NCBI GenBank assembly: GCA_040754495.1
Contig: JBFMCO010000022.1
Coordinates: forward strand, 18,233 to 82,232
Direction: 5' to 3'
DNA length: 64,000 nt
Source of the DNA: Candidatus Micrarchaeota archaeon
GTDB lineage: Archaea > Micrarchaeota > Micrarchaeia > Anstonellales > Bilamarchaeaceae
Part shown: in pieces, positions 10,901 to 19,900 of the stretch
Position numbering within the stretch: position 1 is the stretch's first letter
Layout: the number at the start of each line of letters is the position of its first letter
The notes under the pieces: model-generated
The model's database searches: none
Seen by the model: only the letters and a program-made list of their open reading frames with translations
What the model was told of the DNA's origin: nothing
Made by a program: the position numbers and the translations under genes

Positions 10901-13900
10901 GGCGCGTACCAGAACGGGGAGGGGAAGTGGGTCCGCCAGGAGGCGCAGCGCGGGGACGGTCCTGAAGGCATGGCTGCCATTAGCAGGATGCCAGGGTTCG
11001 CGGACTCGGAGCTCGTGAAGCACGCCATAGCGCAGGACGGGGTGAAGCCCGGCGCGAAGCCCGAGGAGCTCACCTGGAACGACTTGGTTGAGCAGGCGGT
11101 GAAGATGGGCGAGCTTCCGGACAGGCCGGAAGTCAGGCAGAACGCGTTCGCGGTGCCTATGGTGATAAACGGGAAGCCCGAAATCGTGGTCAAGGTCATG
11201 TTCGGCAAGCCGCCGGCAGACGCGCTCGAGGTGCGCTCGGTCCTGCAATCAAGGGGAATTGGCGGGCAGGTAGCCGCGGATGCAATAAACCTTTACAAGA
11301 TTTTCAATGGCGAGCAGGTGCCGCTCGAAGTCGCATCAAGATACATGGACGTCACGCTGCATGACCAGTACACGCGCATAAAGCAGGAGAAGATTGCCTC
11401 TGGGATGCCAGAGACGAAAGCCGATGCCGAGGCCCTCGTGGAGGTAGCCAAAAGCATGGCGCCCCGCGCCGGAGAGGGCGGGTTGGAAGCGGGCGGCCCG
11501 ATATCTCAGGAGGGGGTGGAGCTCCTCAGGATGGCCGAGGGGAAGCTCGACCTCGTGGAGGGGCTGACCGGGGCGGATGTCGCGAAGGCGACACTGGACT
11601 GGAGCCAGCCCAGGCTGGAGATGCTCAGGATTCTTACTGTTGAGGGAAGCCCGTACCGGGAGCGGTTCCTCGCAGCGGACCCGGCCGAGCGCGCGGTCAT
11701 CGCGGACGCGATTGCAAGGGGCGCGACACCGGAGCGCGCGTTCCTCAAGGCGGCCGAGGGCATGGTGCCTGCGGATGGCCGAAAACTGCTTGAGGTGGGA
11801 GAGCGGCTGAAGGGGCTTCCCGAAGCAGAGAGGAATCTCAGGTTAAGAGACCTTGAATCGCTGAATCCGGCCCTCGGAAGGATGCTTAAGAGGCTGGCGG
11901 ACCCTGCGACTCCGGAAACTGTGAAACAGGAGATTGCGGCCGAATGGGATTCGGCTGTTGCGGGCGCAGAGAGGCATAAGCGGGTCAATGAGGCGAGAGC
12001 GGCGCGGGACGCTGCGCAGCTTGCTGAGCAGGAGCTCGCCCTGCTGAAAGGGACGCCGGACGAGCAGGCCGCAGGACGCGTGCCGGCATGGATAGAGTCG
12101 GCCGCGAAGGCAAGGGGAAAGGACCCCGCGGCGCTCCATGAGGCGCTCGTGAAGGCATACGGAGAAGGCGGAACCGAAGGCAGGCTCAGGGTGCTTAACG
12201 AGCTGGGCGCGCTCGGCGGGATGCCTGAGGGGGTGCGCTCCACCTTCGTGCAGAACAGCCCGGAGTTCTTCGAGCTCATAGTGCGGGGCGGCCTTGAAGG
12301 CCGCGTGGCGGCGATGCCTGGATTCGAGGGCGGGATCATAGTCAATGCGGAGAAGCTCGAGGGGCTTCGCGGGGCGTACAAAATCGACGTGGAGATGCCG
12401 GACGGGTCAAAGCGCTCGCTGTTCGTGAAGGCCGAAGACCTGGTGCCGGCGCAGCTTGGAAGCGAGCTTGCCGGGGGGCATGGGCTTCTTCCGCCCGTGA
12501 TACACGCGGCCGACGGACAGGGCATGCCCTTCACCTATGATACGGGGATAAGATACACGGACCCCGTCTCAGGGCAGGAGACGGCGCACATGCAGGAGTT
12601 CGGCATAATGGAGGACGTCCATGATTATGCGACAGCCAGGCACAGCGACGTCATCATGCTTCCGGACGGCAGGAGCGCGCAGGTTACCGTGGAGAGCGTG
12701 GCGGTCGTCTCCAGGGAGGTGTTCGCGGACCCGGCGAGGATGCAGGCGATACTAGCGGACGAGCATCATCCCGCGCACAAGGTTGTCAAGGCGTTCTGGG
12801 AGCTTGCAAAAACAGAGGAGGGAAGGCAAAGGATTTTCCAGGCATGGCGGGCCTATCACGAGCTCTCGAGGAGGGCCATGCTCCTCGACCGGTTCGACAG
12901 GAACACGGTGGCAGTGCTCGTCACCACCCCGGAGGGAGAAAGCGTCCTCACGTTCCAGCCCATCGACATGGACTATGTGGCGGGAAAGATAGGCTCGGAC
13001 GGCGACCTTCGGTTCTTCAATGACGACTTCGCGTCAGCGAGCGTGGATTTTGCTACGAAGATTGCGGGGGCTGCGGGGGTTCCCGCAGAGACCGTCCTGG
13101 GAGAGATGGCGAAGGCGTACGGCTCTGACAGTGTGTTCCCGCGCGAAGCCGCGGACGAGAGGGCGGCCGCAGCGGCCTCGGTGCGCGCCACGCTGAACAA
13201 ATACGACGGCAAGCCTTTCGGGGCCGGCTACGACGTCGAGGACTACGGCAAGACGATTGGAAAGGATTACGTCGAATACGGCGGCAGGGACAGGATAGTC
13301 GGCCGGAGGGACGGCCGCGCGATTCTGCACGCCGGCGACATCACCCCGCTCGGCGAGCGGATAGGCGGGGCCGAGGCTGAGGCCGATTTCAGCAGGTTCA
13401 ATCGGGAGAAGTTCGAGAGGATGGCAAAGCCGCTCGAAGAAGCGGCTCCGCCTCCGGCAGTGGAAGCGCAGCCGCCCGCCGGAGAGAAGACTCCGCCCGG
13501 AAAGCGCGGTGCCGGCAACGTAACGCCGCCGGCAAGGCCGGGTGCGATGCGGGGCGCGCCTGCAGGCGGGCCGAGAACCGTGCCGGGCAAACGGGGGGCC
13601 GGAGGCGGGGAGCCGGTTGCAGCGCCGGGCGGAAGGAGGAAGGTGGCAATCGGAGGCGGGGAGGTGGAGCTCGAGCCTGCGCCGGAAAGGGCTCCGGAGC
13701 TCGCCGCGATGAAGATAAGCGAGGACGAGCTTTCGCAGCTCGGCGTCTCATACCAGGGCCTTTATCAGGACGGCGCAGGGAGGAGGCTGAACGTATTCGA
13801 AACGGAGGCCGGGGGGGAGAGGAGGCTTGTCGCCATCCCGGCAGACCTCAGCGGGAAGGCGATGCTCGATGCAATCGGGGCCGAGGTGCGCGCCCTGGGA

Positions 13901-16900
13901 AGGCCGACGGAACTGCCGCCGGAGCTGCGCGGCATGCCGCCGGACGTTTCGTCCCAGGTCGGGATGGACGGGGCGCCAAAGGCAAGGCTGCTCTCGTCCG
14001 AGCCCCTGGGGCGCGGCTCGAGCGCGGACGTGTATCTTGCGGAAATGGTGATTGACGGAAGGCCGACCCGCGTCGCGGTGAAGATATACAAGAACCCGGA
14101 GGGAAACGGGACGTGGCAGGAGCGGGCAGAATATTTCGCGGACGAGGTGAGGAAAGCGAAGATCCTGGGCGATGCAGGCCTCGGCCCGAAGGTGTTCGGG
14201 ATTGCCGATGCGGGCGGGAACATGGCTTTCGCGATGGAGGTCATCGAAGGCAAGCCGATGTACATAGACGAGATGGCGCCCGGGCTCCGCGCGAAATACA
14301 TCAATGAGGACACGTTCGCGCAGGTCCGGAAAATGTATGACGAGCTGATAGCCCACGGATACGAAATCGGCGATTTCGATTTCATGATATTGACCGAAGG
14401 GCCGAATGCCGGCAGGGTTGTGTTCCTGGACGCCGGGGCGCTGCGGGAGGTGCCGCGCGGCGCCCAGGGCGAGCCACGGCCAAGGTACGGCGACGGCGCG
14501 AAGAGGGCGGAGGGCGGGAGGCTTCAGGCTGAGGCCATGACCGCCATGGAATATTTCACGAAGATGGACCGCGACGAGCTTGCCGCGGTAGCCGAGGTCT
14601 CGAAGGGCCTGCTCGGACAGGGCCATGTGGATTCGGACACCATGCGCCTGCTTGCGGTAAGATGGGGGAGCCGCGAGGGAAGGGCCAGGGCGATAGGAGA
14701 GTATATCACCAGTATCGCAGGGGCCGATGAGCAGAAGGCAAAGGCCACGTTCGACGCGCTGAAACGCATCGAGGCGGAAACCGGCATACGGCTGCTGCCG
14801 GATGGCGCGAGGTTCGAGGACCTTGCAGCCAGGGCGGGGGAGGGCGAGATATCGGAGGCGGAAATCATCGCGCCGATGTCAGGGGACGATTACCATGCCG
14901 CGCTCGCAGGGATGCGCACGCAGGCAGCACGCGAAAGCGTAGCGCTCCACTTCAGCGGAAGGGGCGAAATCCCGGACGCGGCCACCTTCGAAAATGCTGC
15001 CATACTGGCCGATGAGGCGGCAGGCGCGAAGGTGCCGGAGCAGGGCCAGGCCGAGCTGTCCGTATATTATGATGGGAACGGCAGGATAATCGGCATAGCG
15101 GATAACGAGCGGCTCTTCTACGGCGACCCCAAGGCGATAAATGACAAGACGCCGGAGGCGAAGGTCAGGGTGGACCTGGAGAGCGGCAGGATAGTCTCCA
15201 TGGACGAGCGCGGCATGAAGAACCCGCTCCTTGCGGACCTGGTAGGGCTGAGGATACTTCCGGGCAAGGGAGCGGAGGGCGCAGGGCCCGGCGGAAGGGG
15301 CCCGCCACCGTTGCCCCCGATGAAAGTGCTTGACGAAGGCAGCATAGTTTCGGCTTATGCAAGCGGGACAGGGCAGGCGCAGAGGACGAGGGCCGCCCGG
15401 TCGTTCGTGATGCTCGATGGCGAGGGGCAGGGGAGGGTGATATCGGAGCTGCGCTCCCAGGGCCGCCATGAAGAGGCCAGGCATCTTACCGAGCTGCAGG
15501 CGATAGGTGGGGAAGCCGGCGCAGGCATCGAAAGGGTTTACGGAATCCCGAGGGACGAGATTATCACGATATACGCGCGGGAGCCGACAGCCCAGGGCGC
15601 GAGGAAGGCGCTCGCGGAGAGGCTCGGCATCGTCATCCTGCCTTTCGAATGGGAGCATTATCCTGCGGACAGGAGGCAGTGGGTGTCCGTCCCGTACCGG
15701 GATTTCAGGTCTTTCGAGGACGACCACTTCCTCTTCGGGCTCATTACCTCAGGGAACATGATTGACACGGTCTCGCAGATGTATCCGGGAGGGAGGATAG
15801 CCTCCATAGAATACCATAACGGGGCGATAGGCGCTTACGAGGTCGCCATCAGGACGCAAAACGGGGAGACGCGCACCGTTTTCGTGAAGAGGCAGGATTT
15901 GCGCCCGGATGCGGCCGGCTCGGACTACTCGGTCCGCTCAGGCGTCCCGGCTCCTGAGGTCATCACCAGCGCCGGAGGCAGGGAGCTTACTTACGTCGGC
16001 CCGGACGGGGAGGTCTCGCGCTACGGCATTATAACCAACATGAGGGATTTCGGGGGGATGATGAGGTTCGGGGGAGTCGAGGCGCAGGTCAGGGCTACGG
16101 ACGAGACCGCGCTGTGGGACCTCGACAGGAGCCCCCTTGCCGGCTCGCTCATGTCTCAGGACCCGCAGGTGAGGGCGAAATTCTGGGAGGAGCTCGGCTA
16201 CATGCTGGCAGGCTCTTACGCGACCGGGATATGGGACAGGCATGCGGGAAACGCGCGCGCGATGGTCCTCGAGGTGCAGAACGCGGACGCGCACACGAAC
16301 CCCGCGGACCAATCATCACCGACAGTGGGCGAGGCGCTGTCGCAGAAGGGCTACTGGGTGTGGCAGCAGGACGGAAAGACGTACATGTTCATGATAGGCG
16401 GCATAGACACCGACACCGCGGCCAACTACCTTGCCGGCGAGGCGCACGGCAGCTTCGACATGACCGGCATGAACATAAGGTACGGCTATGTCGACCTCCA
16501 CAGCCTCTTTAACAGGCTAGCGACGATAAGAGGCACGAGCGTGGATGCGCTCGTCATGGAAGCCTTCGGCGATGTCAGCGGCGGTCAGGTGCCCGGCCCG
16601 GTCGCGATGGGCATGAAGAGGTGGTGGCGCGACTTCGGGAGCGACCCGCACTATGCCGATGAGATGGCCGGCCGGTTCTCCAGCCACGAAGGCGAGAGCA
16701 TAGGCTTCGGATACCCCAGGACCGAGCAGGAGCTGGACGTGATAAGGCAGGGGGGCGTGCTCCATCAGGAGAATCCGCAGAACGGCGACCCTTACACCAT
16801 CATCGCCTTCGCTGACGGCAGGTCTCGGATGAGGCCGGAATACGAGATAGTGCACCGTGAGGACATCGAAGCCCTCGACCCGCGCATAGCCGCGATGTTC

Positions 16901-19900
16901 CCTCCAGGGAGGGACATGTACGCCGTGGAGATAACCGGCGAGGTGCGGAAGGCCGTTCCGGACATAGACAAGAGGACGAACCGCATCCGGACCTCGGACG
17001 GCAGGATGGTCGCGATAATAGACTCGGCCGACCCGCTCGCGAAAACGCTGCTCGACGGGGGAATTCCTATGGTGAAGGCGAGGCGCGACATGCCCCGGCA
17101 GGGAGAAGTTGCCGTGGATGATGCGACCGGCATAATACGGGCCGCTCCAGGGTTCGGAAAGCTGACCGGAATCCAGGCCTACCAGGCCGGCCCGGTTCCG
17201 GTTTTCCGGGCGATGATGGGGGCAGGGGAGGGGTTCATGCTCGGGCAGTTCGCGCACATCGGCCATTATATATTGGCCAAGGAAACGAGCGTGAGGGAAG
17301 CCGCGCAGGTTCCTGCCGGAGTGGTGGCCGGGGAGATAGAAGCGCCGGGAATAGAGCGCATGCCCGCCCCGGCGCAGGTGGAAGGGGTAAGGGGCGGGAT
17401 GAGGGACCTGGTAGGGGCAGTCAGGTCCGGAGACGAGGGCAGGATAAGGGCCGCGGAAGCCGAGTACGATAAGAGGCTCGGAGTGCTGGCCAGGCTAAGG
17501 CCAGATACGGAACTGAGGGTCGTGGAAAACGAGACGCTGTTCGCGGACCTGGCTCCAGGGGGGCAGGCACAAGCGAAGGTGCTCGCGGCAGACTATCTCA
17601 GGAACAGGTCCGCAGGAAAGAAGCTTGACGGCGACCTGCTCGTCATCGACTACCTCGTATCGCATGGAATGAACGCGGTGGATGCGGCTGCGGCAGTCGT
17701 GAATCTGGGGGGCGCCGGGAAGGCGCCTGCCCCTGTGACGCTTCCGCCGTACGTTGCCGAGCACTTCGGGACCAGGCAGCCTGACCCGGTCACGGCTGAA
17801 AACGCGCTGATTCTTGCCGGGGACAGGAATACGCTCGGAAGATTGGGCATACCGGACGGCCTTGGCAGGGTCCTGAAAAGCGAGGGCATGGCTGTCGTGT
17901 CCGAAGGAAAGAGGATGACCGAGGTGAGAGGCTATTACGATCTGGAGAGCGGCAGGATAATATACCTCGGCAGGACGGACGCGCCAAGGGAGGTCACGGC
18001 GGGAGGAGTGGAGTTCGTCCTCCGTTTCGACCATGAGAGCGGGAGGGTATCCATTCCGGAAAGCGAGGACGTGCCGCTTCCGGATTCGATTGCCAGGCTG
18101 AACGGAATGCGCATTGCGCCCCCGCCCCAGGCAGTGCCGTTTGGCGTTTTCGGCATTTTCATGCCACTGTTCAAGTATTTCAGGAAGCCCCCGGCAGCCG
18201 CCCCGCAACCTGAGGCCGTGCCCATCAAGGTCCCGAGGTCCAGGAACGACATCCAGGGAAGGGCCGAGGGCATAAGGGGGCTGCCCCCGGACCAGCAGGC
18301 GCAGGAGCTTGCGGGGCTGCACGATGCCGTGGCCGCCGAGCATGGCGACGTTTATGCGAGGAATTACCGCGACATGATGGAGGAGCTGGTGAAGCATCCG
18401 GAGCATTCGGGCAGGATTCTCGACGAGTGGGAGGCGGTGAGGGCCGAGGAGAAGCATTACGAGGCGCTCGAGAGGGCGAGGAGGTATGCCTTCTCGGCCG
18501 CAGAGGGGTTCGGGATTGTCAGGGGGCAGGACAGGAAGCTCATATCAGGCGGAGAGTACGCGGCGGACATGGCACGCTCGAGGGGCGAGAAGCCCAAGGC
18601 ATTCCGGAAACGGCTCCTCGAAGCGTATGATGCCGGGTTCAGGAGAGGAGGCGTGCTCGATGCGAGGCTCGGCGTGGCAAATTCGCTGGGTGTGCTCGAC
18701 AATATAGTGGTAGAGTCGCGGCCGGGCGTCTTGGACGAAAAGAGGACGATGCAGGCGAGGAAGGAATTCATCAGGAAGAACCCGGAGTTCTTCGACCTAA
18801 TCATGAGGGGCGGACTCGAGGAGGTCATCTCCGCGAACCTCGGGGCCGGCGACGTGAGAATCGCAGGAGTCTCGCACGCGGGCGGCATGGCGCGGGGCGC
18901 GTACGGCGTGGAGGTCCTCCTTCCGGACGGCAGGAGGAAGCGCGTGTTCGTGAAGCTGGAGGACCTCGGGCCTGCCGCGTTCGGGGCTGATTTGGCCAGA
19001 GTCGAGGGCATGATTGCGCCGAAAGTCTTCACTGCGGATTCGCAGGGAAGGCCGCTCTCGTATGACGTGAGCTACAAGGACCCCATCGGAAAGAGGATGG
19101 TGAGCGGCCAGAGGCGCTTTGGCATCATGCTGGATGTCCGCGACACGGTAGGGCAGAAGGCCAGGGTGAGGACCGCGGACGGGAGGTTCAGGGAGATAAC
19201 GGTCACGAGCGTGGCGCTCGTTGGCGACGACATCTTCAATGCCAGGTCGCTTGACGGGATACCCCAGCCCTCCAGGGCCGCCGCGGAGGACTTCTGGACC
19301 GCAATGGGAAGCGAGGGCGGGCGCGAGGAGATGTTCAGGACGTGGTACGCGTACCAGGAGATGTCAAGGCGGGCCACCCTCAGCGACAGGCACACCGGGA
19401 ATTCGATGTACGTCATCGGCGTGACGTCGGATGGCGAGACCGTGAGGACGTTCCAGCCCATAGACCCGGACGATATCGGAGCCAAGGTCGAGGCCAGGCC
19501 GGAGGGCATGAACTTCAGCGAGTTCAACGATTTTTCCGCGCTCTACACGTCGAATTTCGTGAACGGCCTGTACCTCGCGTCGGATAACGCCGCGAGCCTC
19601 GGCCTGCTCAAATCCCCGATCAACCGCGCGCAAGCGAGCAGGGCAGCATCGAGCGACGCCGCGATGTCAGGGTGGAGGCTTCCGGAAGACCCCGGGTGGG
19701 TGAGGTCCGCGGCTGAGTTCATAATCATGGATTACGATGGCAAGCCGTTCGGCCTCGGAACGGACATGACGATAGGCGGGCACGGCTCGTACATAAAATA
19801 CCATGCCGGCAGGAGGAGGGCGGCAGGCTACGACGGCCGCGTCCGGATGTACTCGGACGAGATGCTGGCGGTTTATCGGGGAGCGCAGGACCCTGCCAAC

